Shown here one piece after another: positions 1 through 15,180 of a DNA stretch of 64,000 nt (the stretch's first letter is position 1; each line of letters starts with the position of its first letter). This DNA comes from Bugula neritina (Eukaryota; Animalia; Bryozoa): positions 3,798,707 through 3,862,706 of the forward strand of contig OZ037767.1 of the NCBI GenBank assembly GCA_964035545.1. The letters are read 5' to 3'. The notes under the pieces were generated by a model that ran no database searches, was not told where the DNA came from, and saw only the letters and a list, made by a program, of their open reading frames with translations. Both the position numbers and the translations under genes were made by a program.

Positions 1-120
1 CCAAACAAGCTGATGGTTGCCACGGAAACATACTACAAGAATTACTGAGAGGTTGACAGCAGTAAGAGAGACTTCAACCCTGCTGACAAGGCCATCAGCG
101 GCAGATAAAGGAGAGCATAC

Positions 121-3100
121 CTGTAGGTGTGGTCCATTGTTGGCACTTCAGTTATGATGATTGGGGAGGTGGCGCGACGGCTCCTCCTTGTCGTCCTCGC
201 CTTGTCCTCCGAACTGCCGAACTCTGGAGGACTCGGGGATCTGGAGCGACTTCTCTCTCGCGCATTGAATGGCCTTGACCTGCCTTCTGCACACAAAAGA
301 TGCTACTAAACAGTGTGTATCGCGCTCATATCTCTCTGTGTAAGTAACATTTTTGAGAAAAAAGAAACCATTTTGAAAGTGATTCACTGATACTAGTCCC
401 TGCACAAAATACATGTTTAGTCTATAAAATAACGCGCATCAGACTGTTCAACTCGCTACGTGAAACTATAACTAACGTGAACAGAAACGTAAAAGTGGGA
501 AAGCAAAGAGGAAAATCTTAGACCAACTTACTGTGTCGGATAGCAGAGCGGGTCAAGGGTGATTTCTTTAAGGAAACTAGTGCTTTCGCTACATCAATAT
601 CAGTGTCTAAATAATAGAGAGAGGTGACAACTCATAAACATACAGCTCAGTGTAACACTAAATATATAAATTAATTTAAATCATAGTTGAAAACCCGTGT
701 GATATCACTTTAAGTAGCGACATGGAGATGAATATCCACTAAGCCGAAGTGGCATACTTTACAAGTTGATACTTAGCAGACCAAAGTACAAATGATCCGG
801 CAAATTACAGTAAATAGACCTTTTTCCAACATCCCTTGCGTTCAATTTATAATTGAGAGTTATGCCCTCTTAGCAAGTACATACTAATGTCAAGTTTCTA
901 TTAACCAGAGTGGCGACAGCTAGCACAATGAGTCATTATTGGGGTTTATATCCTAGCTGCCACTTTAGCACTTTCCAACAAACAAATGACTAAATGCTTT
1001 CAATTTAATTTTTGTTTTTACAAGACATTATGAAAACATATTAAATAATTTATTGAAATACTAATATGTGTGCTACTACCAAAATATTTATTTCCTAAAA
1101 GAACAAGTATATATAGCATAGCAGTCAAACTTTAAAGCTTTATTTAGACTACTCTATATAATAAGGTTAAAGTGAGTACCACTACAGGGGCACAACTCTC
1201 AATTGCAAATTGGAACATTGAGAAAAGGACTATTATAGCGAGATCAGCTAATGAGTTACTATTCAGCGTAATTTCACAAACTCAAGAAATTCCAACACCA
1301 AACAGCTGACTGACTGAAAACAGGTGAGATTGTTGCGGCATCCCGAGTCTCACCAAAGAACATGGAATATGCCGGAAGGGCTTACACCGAGGAGGCAGTG
1401 TAAAGCCAGAGCACACAAACCAAACCCCTCACAGGACAGCGCACACAAATCAATAGGCCATGGTGAAAGGACGGGCAACAGACGCTGAAAGAACAGAGGC
1501 TACAATAAGGTGTGTACATACCTAGACTATCCGACTGAGGCTTATTAAGGTGCTTGCTGAGAAAGGGAAACAGATCTACAACAGACAACATGGCGGACTG
1601 AGAAACACACATGGATCTGATGTAACAAAACTTTAAAGACAGTAAAACTGGTTGATACAATCATGACAGAGAAAGTAAATACACACTAGTGTTTGTGTAA
1701 AGTGACCGATAGTATAAACTCATATACATTTATAACGGCAGCAGGATTATAAATCCGACCAATGAAATAGTGACACACTTACGTGGCGACACGTTGTTGT
1801 GAGGCGAACCGAACCTGTTAATGAAGGGATTCTTAGAAGGCGTCCTGTAAGTCAAACAAAGCATGGTAAGTAACAGCAAATACTGTAAGTCACTGCAGAT
1901 AACATTCACACAGTATGAGTATTCCAAGAGATACAGGGGCAGACAATTCACACTCACATATTATTTAGAGGTGATACTGACATCATTTGCAGCTGATGGT
2001 AGGGGTGGTAGGGAGTCTTCCGTAGAGCCTGCAGGAGAGTGGGCCTGTAATCTGGGTCTATGCACCAATACGATCCTTTGCCAATGTTCTGTATAATACG
2101 AGATAGGAGTATAATGTAAGATAGGAGTATAATGTAACACATGTGTAGTTTTTCATGCCATAATCTTGAAAGGTGCCACACATCATATACAGTATATCAG
2201 CCAGCCATTAGTTAGTAGAGGACTTTGTGAATCAGTACAATTGGTCAGACAACTCTTGATGCAGCCAACGTAGTCTGCACTGCCAGATATTGGCTGAACA
2301 GATTGCAGCTTTACAACTCAAGTGTAGTTGAGGCAAAGTCAATGAGAATGTGAAGTTATTGAACCATGAAGTCAGCATTAATTATTCACTACTGTTACTA
2401 CAGGCCAGTCTATGAAAGGCTTCAATCTAACATTAACTGAGTTACAGCTACTGCTACATCAAAGTTAACAGGTCCCTTGCAAACATCCCACTTGTGGATC
2501 GAAGGCATAAGCACCCACCCTTAAGCAGATGGCATATTCAAGAGTGCTCTAGGCTAAACCAATAGCGAAAGTAAATAAAGAGATAATTTAGTTTACTTGT
2601 TGTCATGGCTACATGACAACAGAGCAGTATACTATGCCTGCAGATGTTACATTACCACACTTATACATTTTCTTAGGAACTGACAAACAATACTGTGACT
2701 CAAATGAATAACCAATAAAATACACAATACTTAAGTATATATTATACTCAACAATCAAAGCATAAATTATTAAATTGAAAATATTTGAACAAATGAGAAA
2801 AGCTCAGCAGCTGTGATTCATAGAAAAACATCCTGTTTATCAAAGAGTTGTAATTACTACACAATGGTTCAACTAATTAAAAGTTCAGTGAAAAGAGCTA
2901 GTAGCTTACAACAACTGTGACTCAATGAAAGGGAAAATATACACATATCTCACTCACGGAATTTTTGTCTTTGTCAACTTTCTGAAAGCATTTATTCAGA
3001 CTGAGATTGTGACGAACAGAGTTCTTCCACCCCGTAGGTGCATTTTTAAAGTAAGGAAAGTTGGCTAGAATCCATGAGTATATGTCCTACAATGTAGACA

Positions 3101-4565
3101 TGCCCAGTAAAGTGAAAAAAAATATTATAGTGTATATAAGGAGAGTAAAAATGGTAGCAACAGTTTATTGGCTCTACAAAAGTTACAATGTATTTTATTG
3201 GCTCTACAAGAGTTACACTGTATTTTATTGGCTGAGAGACTAACCTTGACAGGAAGTTTCTGGTCAGACGAATCCTCAATGGCCATGAATATAAGGCAGC
3301 TGAAACTGTACGGAGGTTTACTGAGGATGTGTTTCTGTGGGTTATAAGGGATGTGACACGGGTGGGGTAGGGGGGACGACCCGCTGTTGAAACTAGTGTT
3401 CAGGGAATCGTTTTCTTTTCCTGTTCAAAACAAAATGCTACATAAAAACATGAGCAATGCCTCGCTGGATGGAGCCAACACTTCAGGTGTTTGACAAGGC
3501 AAAACCAACTCAAAAGAAGACAAGCAAACAGTTGAAAGAAAATAAAACCAAGCAACTAAATTTAAAATAGCCAAAGTTGTAAAAAAGATGGAGACACTCA
3601 AGACACACCCACTGTCGACTAACCTGGTAGCTACTAGCAGTGGTTGGCTGTAACAATCAAGCACACGATAAGAAAAACTGGATGTTAACCATGCGACAAC
3701 TTAGCATGCCACGCAGAAAGAAAGAAGCACCTGCTGCTGGGCGTCACAATATAAATCATTCACAGATTGTCTCCATTTTGTTTACAACTTTGTCATGTAT
3801 ACAGATGCGACAGCCAGGATAAAATGATAGAAGGAGAAGAGGAGATAACAACTAATAAGTAAAGCATACCATTGAGTGCAGCAGGCGTACCTGATTCATA
3901 GTCTAGATCTGAAAGATCGTCTTCAGAACTTAACGGGGAGGGGCACAGCCTTCCACTCCCTGTAAAATACATGAGAAAAGAGGCTAGGCACGTGCTACAC
4001 ACATAGCCTTAGGAAACAAACAGTCCACAGCAAGTAGGGGTTGAAGGTGCTACGTACCGCCTATATCCTTCAGCAGATTGCTGTTCTGCAGCCAGTCGAG
4101 GCACGTCAGTTCATCATCCTCAAAGTCGTCCACACCTTTATCCAACCGGATTTGTGAGAAACAGCTCTGCGTCAGGACATCGTTTTCAATTTTCACCTAC
4201 AACGGAGCAACACACACCTAAGACTTGTGGGTAATTATTAAATTTGTCAGTCAATAATCTCTCAACAAAGCTAAGGAATATTTTTCTCCCAACATTCCAT
4301 ATCCAAAGTGAGTTATATAACCAGTGAGCAGATTTCAGAGTGCAATCATGTGACCAGGAAGTTGGTGGGTGGATCAAACCTGAGCCAAGGCGGAGTCTAG
4401 GGCTCCGTTGGTGTAGGTGGAGCTGAGGGAGTTGAGAAGCTTGTTCTTAGAGAGTTGTTCCTGCTCCTCTGTCTCGCCAATTATGACATCATGGAGCGGC
4501 ATCAGGTCATCAGCGTCCATCTGAGGGGGCGGAGAGCGCGCGATAGGGGGTGCTAAAGACGGCAT
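121..4565 (-). CDS. FOXN3: Forkhead box N2/3 transcription factor (multi-exon; 3' end beyond the left window edge)
   Basis: Exons join in frame with GT/AG sites: 4565-4380, 4196-4058, 3959-3891, 3420-3245, 3086-2958, 2088-1958, 1844-1783, 1575-1522, 606-532, 286-121. Translation gives [17 protein letters not shown] (FoxN2/3 N-terminal motif), the forkhead domain [21 protein letters not shown]|[39 protein letters not shown]|[29 protein letters not shown], then [13 protein letters not shown] and DHTY. Likely a co-orthologue of vertebrate FOXN2/FOXN3. The true start may lie in an upstream alternative exon. Confidence 0.95.
3163..3233. repeat. ~30-bp minisatellite, about 2.5 copies, in a FoxN2/3 intron
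   Basis: Repeated unit ttttattggctctacaa(a/g)agttaca. Confidence 0.75.
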
Positions 4566-5423
4566 GTTATCTCGCTGTATTTCCTAAAAGACACATTAAT
4601 GTTAGTTAGTTTCCTTGTACAAAATCGGAGGGGGGGGGGTAGTGCCCACATAAACCATACCTTTAGAGACACTGATAATGAATGCACTGAAATATTCCGG
4701 ATTATTGTAGAAATTGGTATCATTTGCAGAGTAACAACACACAGTAGCTCAGAATGAAATAATCACTGCATGTGATGGATGAAAAAAAAACTATTTTTCC
4801 TTGAAATGTATACAAATGTTGATAAAAATCTAAAAAGATAATCATCTGTTAAATTTGCACTTTGAACTAAAACTATAGCATGTAACTTGCAGGAGACAGC
4901 TGACTAACCCAAACTTGTCACAGATATCCATTCCGTTTTAACTCAACTATAAACTTTGCCATTATTTTGTAATATACATTAAAACCTCCATATTCAACAA
5001 ACTACCAATTTAAACTATTGTCTAATATACAATACATCTCCATACTCAGGAAACTATTATTTCAAACTAATAATAGGAAACAATAGAGGCAGAGTTAAAT
5101 AAGAATGACTATGAATATTGCTAGAGATGATGAAATTGCTTCAGCAAAACTTGTGTACCAATAACTACTACTATAATGTCATTAATACCCCCTTCCTAGT
5201 ACAAAGTGAAATGATGATACAATAAACCAATAGCAGAGTATAATAGCACCATTTATACCATGATGTTAATATAGACCATAATATAACTGTATTAAAGCTG
5301 CTGCAAGTTCAATATATCATTTTCAACTGAAAATAATAAATCATAAGACATTTTTATTGCATAATTTCATGGCAATAGACATTTAAATTGTCAGAATTAA
5401 GAGAAAGGTTCACCAAATTAAAT

Positions 5424-5552
5424 ACTGAGCTACAGTCTATAAGTATCGACCGAGTTACAGTCTACAAGGACTGAGATACAGTCTACAAGGACTGAGCTAC
5501 AGTCTACAAGGACTGAGTTACAGTCTACAAGGACTGAGTTACAGTCTACAAA
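5424..5552. repeat. 21-bp minisatellite, about 6 copies
   Basis: Repeated unit actgag(c/t/a)tacagtctacaagg. Confidence 0.85.
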
Positions 5553-8429
5553 CACTCATAACAGCACAAAGAGTGTATACCTTCATAGCCCTGTTGATCC
5601 ACTCACCCATACGCTGTGTGAACAACAGCATGATTTCTGATTAATGAATACAAACTGGTGACAAAAGACGAATCTTTAATGGACAGTCGGAATGATGTTG
5701 AAAAACCAAAAGCTTGCACAACTGCGACCAGTTCACTTTACCACTTGTAATATAAGTAACAGTTGGCTCAATAGCCCTCAACATTGTGGCTTCATAGAGC
5801 ATGTGCAGTGAGATGCTAAGCAACTGGTAAACAATCCATACTCCAGTATCTAATTAGATTTGCTGACAATGACACACGTACTGCTGCCAGCTGCCAGCAT
5901 TGATTGCATCATAAGCTCTACATATAATTTCCAAACTTCCTTTTCTATTCTTGAAACTTTCAATAATTTTCAGTCAGTTCCAAAGCAAGGGCTTTTTTGG
6001 AAATAAACACCTGTGCATTCAAAGTTTGACTCACTTTTGATATCATTTGAATAAAGGGATAACAGTGAAACTGATCATTAAACAATTTGAGGTAAGAAAT
6101 GAAATGCTGCGGATAAATGGAGAAGATGCATAGAAGCAAACACGCTGCTTTAGGATGACAAGATGCCAATACAGGGAGAGGAACAACTAACTAAATTAGA
6201 AAAACAAAGCAGATAAGTTCCAACAATCAAGAAAATAAAAGAGATGAGCACTGATGCAGACCTTATTTAAGAAAATATGTATTGACAGATACTGAGCGGT
6301 CAAAAATGGGGGTAGGAGAATAGAGTTTGGAAGGATGCCAACAACAGCAGATTGAGCAAAAATAAAGGTTGCTAAAGGAATGTACAAGATACTCAAACAG
6401 GGTTACTACATAGGCTCGAATAGCCCAGTCTATTATACGTTAGAGTAGCGAATCGACCTCCAAGTAAATGTCAACGCATTATAAAGTAAATATTGATAAG
6501 AGCGGTGAACAAAAGCATGTTTGACCTATTGTCAACACACACCCATGTAGCTGCATAAACAACTGCCTGCCCTGAAAACCTGGAGAGTCCCACTTACGTG
6601 AGAGAAATAGGTCAGCTTATCAGGTCAAAGGTGAACTCTAGTAATTGAAAACCATGATATGACAAGCTTGTGCCAGATGAACAAGGTTTTACAAAGCAGT
6701 CTGAAACCATGAAGAGATAACTCTTAATTACAGTATTACAAGAGTACACAATTCTACTCACAATTTAAGAAGTTATGAAGGTTTAGACACTTCAGAGTGA
6801 CTAATTTGTAGGCCAAGTAGACGCATGGAATTGTAAGCTAGCATAGTTGAATGATTAGTGTGTTGGATGAGCACATTAACATTGTTCATTACTGTAAAAG
6901 AAGGAAACATTTCACAGACAAACAAAACTAATATATGTTGCTCATCAAAAACTCAACTTTAAAAACTAGCGCCATCATATTTGCCGTTAGAGTAGCAAAA
7001 GTGAGCCAAAACAAAACAAACAAACCTAATAAGCTTTAAGGCTATCAAATCGATTACAGCATTCTGAAAATTTGCCTTGAATAGCATTATGTAACAGGAA
7101 AGACTCCATGCCCATTCAATTGTTTACAATATCAAGCTGGTGACATGTTTACTATTTAGGCAGACATTTCGTACGTTACAGCCTAGGTTTATGATGAACA
7201 ACTGGATTTGCTTATTATCAGAAAACATGAGCAAAGCATAGAGAAGACTTGAAACGATCAGAATGGGTTTGAGCTGGGACATGTCTTCACTAGTTGAGTG
7301 AGTTGAGCGAGTGGAGATAATGCAGTTGAAAGCTGAGGGTGATATAACAGAGCAAACCATTAGGATAAACAACTAGATAACTTATCTTCTCTTTACCCCT
7401 ACCCCTATATTACATCGAGCTAATCAGCATTGAGCCCACTAAAACGTAAAATAAAGTGGGGGAGAAAGACCAGTTGCCTTATTGATTTATGTTTACACCT
7501 TCTAGCTATAAGATTTTTAAAGGAACATAGACTGAAGAGCAGGTTTTTACTGTCCTTCAGTCTTCTACTATAAATGTTGACTGCTGGTAGTGCGCACAAT
7601 CCATAAACAATGGTGAAAGAAACATAAGATGAGTAGTCGAACACGTGTATCAGTATGAGCTAGTACAATGGGACCGCAGCATAGGTTTAACACAACAAGT
7701 GAAAAAATTTCGCAGTGAATTGCAGAACGAGTTATAAAAGTTCAGTTTTATAAAATCTGAAGTGAGAAAACTTGAAAGTAAACATATTATACTCAATAAC
7801 TCTGAAATAAAAAATAATCTTAACCCAATACAAACGGTCTTCTGCGACTTCGAAAAAAGTATCTTGAATGCTTCAACTTTTGAATCATCATTGAATGACT
7901 ATTGTATTAGTATAAATTATCATGTTGAAAAATATATCTTATTAATATTCTCAGTTGGAAACGAGTACATTAAAATTTCTAACATCGATATTTATAATTT
8001 AAATCATACGCAGCAATTATATTTATTGGCACGAGTACTTTCACCAGGCTTTTAATAAAACAACATAAATGCTAGTTATAGAAAGGAAAAAATATCCAAT
8101 TGTAGCCATTTTCAATACACTATTACTAAAAGTAAATAATAAAGGGCAATTGTAAAGCAATACTACATCAATTTGAATATAGATAATCATAATGACATTT
8201 TCATTTGCCTTTCAGTTTCTATCTATTTTAAAATTTTGATGTTCAGTTTAAAAACTCACCTCAATCATTACGTAGAGTAAATAAAGTGTATTAATCCACA
8301 AAATGCATAATCATGACAAAAACATAGAAATGGGTAAAAAGAATTAGTTTTTACAAAATCTACAAATAGTGCCACACGGCAAGTTACTACCTACTACTTG
8401 AACATCTTCCTCTAGGGTTGTAGTAATAC

Positions 8430-8545
8430 TTCGACCAACGGCCAATAAGAAGCGCCACATTGTGACATGTGATGAGAAATGCCATAGTAACGGCATTTCA
8501 TTGGTGTTTAGTTACTAGGCAACAAAACCCATTGCCTTAACAACA
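8430..8545. promoter_or_regulatory. Putative FoxN2/3 promoter/enhancer with CCAAT boxes and clustered RFX X-box-like sites
   Basis: CCAAT at 8442-8446 and ATTGG at ~8500. X-box-like palindromes ATGCCATAGTAAC (8479-8491), GTTACTAGGCAAC (8511-8523) and TTGCCTTAACAAC (8532-8544). A minus-strand donor (GAG|GTGAGT) sits near 8254-8259. Confidence 0.45.
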
Positions 8546-11059
8546 AGAGGTCTTCCAAAGGGTTACGGACCCTTGCCGACTAATTGCGAACAAGTTAAAT
8601 TCACTCTCGCTAGATTTGAATTGACAAATGATCTGCTTGATAACTTGAGAAATATGAATAGAAGGGTTGGTGCGAGTTAAACTAACTGAAACCTTATTAT
8701 AAATTATTATGCATGATAATCAGGGTCCATCAACAATAACAACCATTTACAACCTGCAGCAAGTATTAAGCAAGATAAAAACCAAAATATTGATGGCTAA
8801 TTCCCAGACAAAATCATAGAATGGTACATATTTCAGGTAATTTAGGCTGCTCAATTTTAAAATTAGACTAGCCCTCCAAGGTTTAAATAAAAAACACATT
8901 TATCAAGAGAAACTTTAGAGTGAATCAAATATAATTATTTACTTGCTAATTATGTCTCAAAACTGTAACTAAATTTTTAAAAGAAATCTAAAATATAAAT
9001 AATTAGTGTCATTGCTATTCCCTTCATTGCAACATTATTTTAGCAAACTGTATCAACGTCTGCAGCTCTCGTGTACCATGCTAATAAAAACAATTAATGA
9101 TTGGACTCGACCACACAGAGCTTCCAGTAAAGTAATACTATAAAACAGCACTATGCCCGGCAGAAATTCCCTCAGCTTCATCACTCCAGTCACAAAGTGT
9201 AGAAATAATTGAGATGAGTTGCCATGGTACCACTGCTAACAATGTAGTGCTATAAGCTTGCCAGCATAATTACTAACATCCCAAATAGTGATTAATTGCG
9301 TTTCGTTGCATAGCATGTTATAAACACTTTCACGATATACGTATACATTTTTGTGCTATACATTATATACCAGTTATGAGTTTGAGTGCACCTAGTAAAA
9401 TAAACAACCTCCCTCATTTAGCTACAAAGAAAAAAACTCTTTGGTTGCCGCAAGGTACTAATTTAGTGGGGAAATAAAAATTTGATCAACATAATTATAC
9501 TATATTCAATTATCTTAAACTCAATCTTACAGTTTTTCTTTGATAATTTGTCTTGCTTTCCAGGGAAGGTGGATGGCAAGAAATTGGAAAAACCAGAAAG
9601 TGAGATTAGAGTTTCAAAGACTTACCTAACATACCAGATTATATAATTTATATTTGTAAAAAAGGCTGCTTAAGAATTATTTTCACTTTTCACCATCACC
9701 GCCAGTTTCAGCTGTAGCTATAACTACATTAATTGAGCTTATATGATTATATAGCAGTTGCCAGGATTTGACAACTCCTAGTAGTCTCCTGCTGTAATAT
9801 ATTTTTAATGGTCTAGACTCTAGACTCTAGTAGTTTATAGACTAGTAGTTTATAGCTTCTAGAATGTAGGAAATTTTATAAAATGATACCAGTACATGTT
9901 CCAAGGGCTTTTGCTAATCAGAAATCAGATTTTGCAATTAAAGAATTATGTACACAATAATTAGTAATAGCAAAAATCTCATTTTGATTAAGGATTGAGG
10001 TGATAAATATGTGAACCAAATATCTACTCTCATTGTCCAATCAGATTGCATCTAAGACGAAGCAGCTACACATTTTACTGCTGACTTAACATAGATACCA
10101 TAATACTTGTATTATATTTCTAACTGTTTATAAAGGTATACATTAATTAACATTAAACAAATCTCACAATAAATAACAAGCTATAATTTCAATAACTGTT
10201 TGAAGTAGTTAAAACTGTAATGCAAAACTAGTATAAATGTGAATGTATTCTAAATAAATGATAGTATACGAATCTCAATGTTAGACAGGTGATAGCAAAT
10301 CTACAAAATAAAATCTTGCAAAACTTTTTAACTTTGTTTTTTTTCTGAAAAAAAGTACCAATTTAATCACAGACACTTATATATGTTTTTGGTTTTGCAA
10401 AAACAATATATATATGTCATAGCAGAGAAGAATGTATACAAATCTATTTAGATGCAAAATAAATTGGCAATGCCACACTACACATGAACACAGAATGAGA
10501 CATATTGACATTTAACAAATAAAAAACAGTTTCTAGTGCTGGTTCCTGACTATAATATAACAGAAGATGACAGCTTGAAATCTATTTACTTGTTAACATG
10601 ATGAATGCAGTAAAGACAGAAAAGCTGAGTTAAATTTACTCTGATACTCAACAGTTTATTACATACTTCGTACACAAATTTAGGTATTATACTTACATTG
10701 ATAACAATAATATGTACTACACAGTGCATACTTAAAAGGATAGCATTGTGATAGTGTAATCATTAAGGTAATCATGAATATAAACTTAAATATCAATGTG
10801 AAAATTAAGTTCAGTATCAACACCAATATTGGGGTGTGTAATTATAACCCACTATTTAGTAAACTATACCACTGTTATGATTAACTGTAACAGTATCATA
10901 AACCAAGACCATATGTAACTATAAATATAAATGTTACATATTATATTTACATTTAGGATGCAGCAAAGTATTAGTTGAACTTAACCTTATATAACATAAT
11001 CACTATAATAATAGCCTAGTAATAATTACTAGAAAATATTGGGTAAGCCTAAAGAATGG

Positions 11060-11860
11060 TAAATTTATATTTATTACTATTAATTAATTAATAATACTAG
11101 CTATTAAGCCGCTAATAATATGTATTTTAACAATATTATAATATCTATATTAGTAAAACTTGGTAATAGTAATACTAACAACAACAATCACTATTAGTAA
11201 TCCACATACAGATAATGATATACTAATAGTAATAGTAATAGCTTTAGTATTTATTGGTGATACTTATAGTTATAATTATACCAATATTAATATTTAGTAG
11301 TACTAATTGTAATAATAATATATGAATACAGAACATTACTCAAGTTTTCAAATTTAAAGATTTTAAGACTATCACTAATAGTAATAGTGATCACTATAAG
11401 TTTAACTATTATTATTAGTATTACTATTAGTATTAAATATTAGTATTACTATTAATTATTATCATTAGACTTAGTATTACTATTAGTATTAGACTTAATA
11501 TTACTATTAGTATTAGTGTTACTATTAGTATTACAAACTGAAATACTTATACTACTACTACTACCAGACCTAGTCTCTGTCCTAGTACTACTGTTACTGT
11601 TAGACTTAGTGTTAGCATTACTATTGTAAATTGTTGATTAGGCCTACTCTTAGTCTTAGCAACACTAATACTAATAGTAATATTAATACTAATGTAATAG
11701 TAATATTAATAGAATAATACTTATAATAAGCCTACTACTGCTAGTAGTACTACTGCTACTAGTACTAGTAGTAGTACTAGTAGTTGAAATTTATCATTAT
11801 CATTAATATTTAATTATCATAATCATTATGATTATGTAAATGTTATACTTATTAATACTT
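11060..11860. repeat. Degenerate TAA/TAG/TAC trinucleotide low-complexity tract
   Basis: Runs such as tattactattagtatt and ctactactagtagtag. Confidence 0.75.
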
Positions 11861-14800
11861 CATCAACATTTACACATCTAGAAGTACGATCAAAATAACC
11901 AAGTTTTAAACACACGCTTGTTGGCAAAATAAAATAACGCATAATGATATTCTAGCTTCGTCTTACCTTACTACTAAGTTCCAACTCAAACTGTTTGGTT
12001 TTTCCTAAAATGCATGAGACTGAGTTGCATGGCAGGCAATTGTTTATTCGTCGTTCACATGCTCTGAAGTTTCCGTTTCCTATAAATTCGAACTGAGCAA
12101 TAGCGGTGGAAGTAGACAACTTCAATTTGCACAAAACAGCTGCGTGATAATATTTTAACTGTGTATTATAACGGCTTTCAATAATATGCAAAAACGTTAG
12201 ACTTGTTTTGTATTTTTACATAGTGTTTTTGTCTTGACACAATATTGACATTGAAACATTCTAGTCCAAAAATTACAGAGGACTTGAGATTTAATAGAAA
12301 ACAGTAAAAATCAACAGCTATGGCTTCACACAACTTCACAATAACTATATTGCAAATTAGGCAGTTGAAATTCTATGCATTTAAATACTTTAAAAACGAT
12401 GTTTCAAAGTAACTTATTCTCAAGTGTTGTGGACTATTTCAGAGTTGTGCACTAATAAAGAGAAGATAACTCAGCTATGTATAATGGGCCTTCAAGAGAC
12501 TTTTTAGTGGCTTTAGCTAAAAACTAACGAACATATTATATATAATTTTGTTGTTTATACATAATTCTTTAAAGGAATCTCTGAAAGTTTTTCAAAACTA
12601 ATACATCCATAAAGATTAGTCAATATTAATCAAATGGTATCATGCCTATGCATACCATAATCATATTGTAATTATTGCTATTTGAACTACATTGGAGCAA
12701 GCTTGTTATTGGATAGTAACAAGAAAGTTAACAGTTAGCATGTGACAAAGAGACACAATATTTGAATACAATAAAGGCTTAAAATTAAAACTTAAAATCA
12801 ACAAAGCTGTCCTGCTATTAGTTGGAGAATGGTTTTCCTTATTTTAGATATTTAAAATAATTGCCCCCACTGGGTTCAAACCACAGCAAGCAGGCACTAA
12901 CCAATCACACTACAGGGGCTTCGAGATTCCAAACAACAGAAATATTCAAGCTTACAGTCTACAAAATAGGAAGGCAATATTATGGTTTAAAAAACTGGCA
13001 TCCGTCAATGAATTTATGGAAGACACGCTTGGCCTTCCTCCACAATGAATTACTTATTGTTTGAGGAACATAATATTATTAGCATCTTTATGCTGAAGTA
13101 GATTTCGTAAACCTCTTTATTAAATCATCTTTCAAATATATACACTCACACATTATTTAAAACATGATTTACCAACAAGATTTACTTAGTCTACTAAGTA
13201 AAAGTTGCAGCATGACATTGGATTTATGTCCCCTTTTGATTAGAATATGGATTGAATGACAATTAGTAAAATCACGAGATTATTAGGAATGCTAGAGATA
13301 AACATTCAACATGTTTCAAAGTTCAAAAAAGCCCAAACAAATCAGGACACACTGGTACAAGAGTCATCAACTCAAACTAGTTTGACCCCAGTATCAATAT
13401 GAACTTTCACATCAGTATCTGTGGTTGTTAGTACCACTACTCAAATTATCAGTGTTGCTAGTAGTTATTTCTCCTCATCAACACTGAATCATCTTTAAAG
13501 CTGAATAGCCACATAAGGAAATCAATTCCTAGAGACCACCACTTGCTAGAATCTAGATAATCCCCATATCTTCCTGTAAATGTGACAATATGATTCAAAG
13601 GCCAACATCATTATGAACACAATCTTCGATAACTGAAGTTACAAAATCATTTAGTTAATATATTATGATATGCTTTATATAGAAATGGCAGAGGTGGAGG
13701 AATATTAGTATGAGTTACATCTTTACTGCTGCTACGCAAGTATATTAAAGATTAGCCAACACTGAACAGCGTGGAATGAAAGGTGAATATCACAATGCCT
13801 AATAAATACTAGACTGCAACTGCCAAGTGTAGTAATATAATATCTATAGAAGGAAAGGTCAAAAGCCTGCATAACAACTCATTAAAAGTAAGTTAGCAAC
13901 TGGAGGGCAGTAACTGTAAGCTTTGTTGGAAGTCATTGGAATAGAGAATAGTAACAGTAATTACTGGATTCAACGTGAATTATATAATTATGTTAATATC
14001 TTTTAATCATTTTTACATTTTAGCCCAAAACCTGATCATCAATACAACAATATTATTTGCAATGCCAGCAACTGGCAAAAGCTAGCTAAGTTTTATAAGG
14101 GTACCGATTATATTATAATATTATTGTACTGTAACCAAAATACCAGTGACTTGACTGCTACTAGTTGCATGAACAGAAAAATATTACTAAATAGTTCGCC
14201 TACTAAACAGAACTTCAGGAAGAGAGAGTTCTTTCCTTCTTTCTACAAGCCAAGAACTGACCACTGGCATAACCCACTGTTCTAAATGAAGGTTGGCTCC
14301 ATTGGATTACCAATGGACCTTCAGTTGGAATTGCACCAACCAGGTGAGGTCTGCCAATGACCTGAAAATTAACTATGAAATTGTATGTATAGCTATTCCT
14401 AAGGTTGTCAAATTATACCAGTTGAAGCAATTACTTTATCAATATGATCATAGTAATCTATAATGTTGAGCTCAATTAATATCATGCCACCAATATGAGT
14501 GAATACATAGCACATTTCCAATGAAGTTCATGATTATCCATATTCTGTATTCTACGGCAGATGGTAATTTTCCACTGAAATCTAGTTTCACCAACCTGAA
14601 GCTAAAGGAGCATTTACACTGTAAAACAAGCTTGAAATGTCAGCGTGGCTGGAAACCCCTATTCCCCGCCTACTTTACAATTGATTTTGTAATGCAACAT
14701 AATAAAAGAAGGGCAAACTTATCATACAGTAACAGCTAATAGATACCACAAAGTGTTACCTAGAAAAGTAGTTTATATCTAGCAGTTAATAATTGCTTAG

Positions 14801-15180
14801 CTAGGTGGAGAATTGGATTAAAATCATAACAGGTGCTTAGTATTGTTAGCTGTAGCAAAGAAGCATAGAAAATAATGTAAACTGCAGTTATCACAAGTCT
14901 GTCAAATGTGGCTTTAAAAATTGTCATCCAAAAGAGAATCATGTAAGCAGTAAGGGTATCCGAATAGCACCTCTGCTTCCTGCTGACTAAAATATGTATA
15001 TTCAACATCCAATAGAAACACAAGAAAGTTCTGCACCTGTTAAAATTGTAGTTTAACTATTTGGATATTTCTGAACTAGCCAATTTCAACATTTCACTGC
15101 TGGCTACGAAAATGTGACGTTTAAACATTATAGGAGAGGGTATGTAATTTTTGACTACAAGTCAACAGACATTTAATAAT

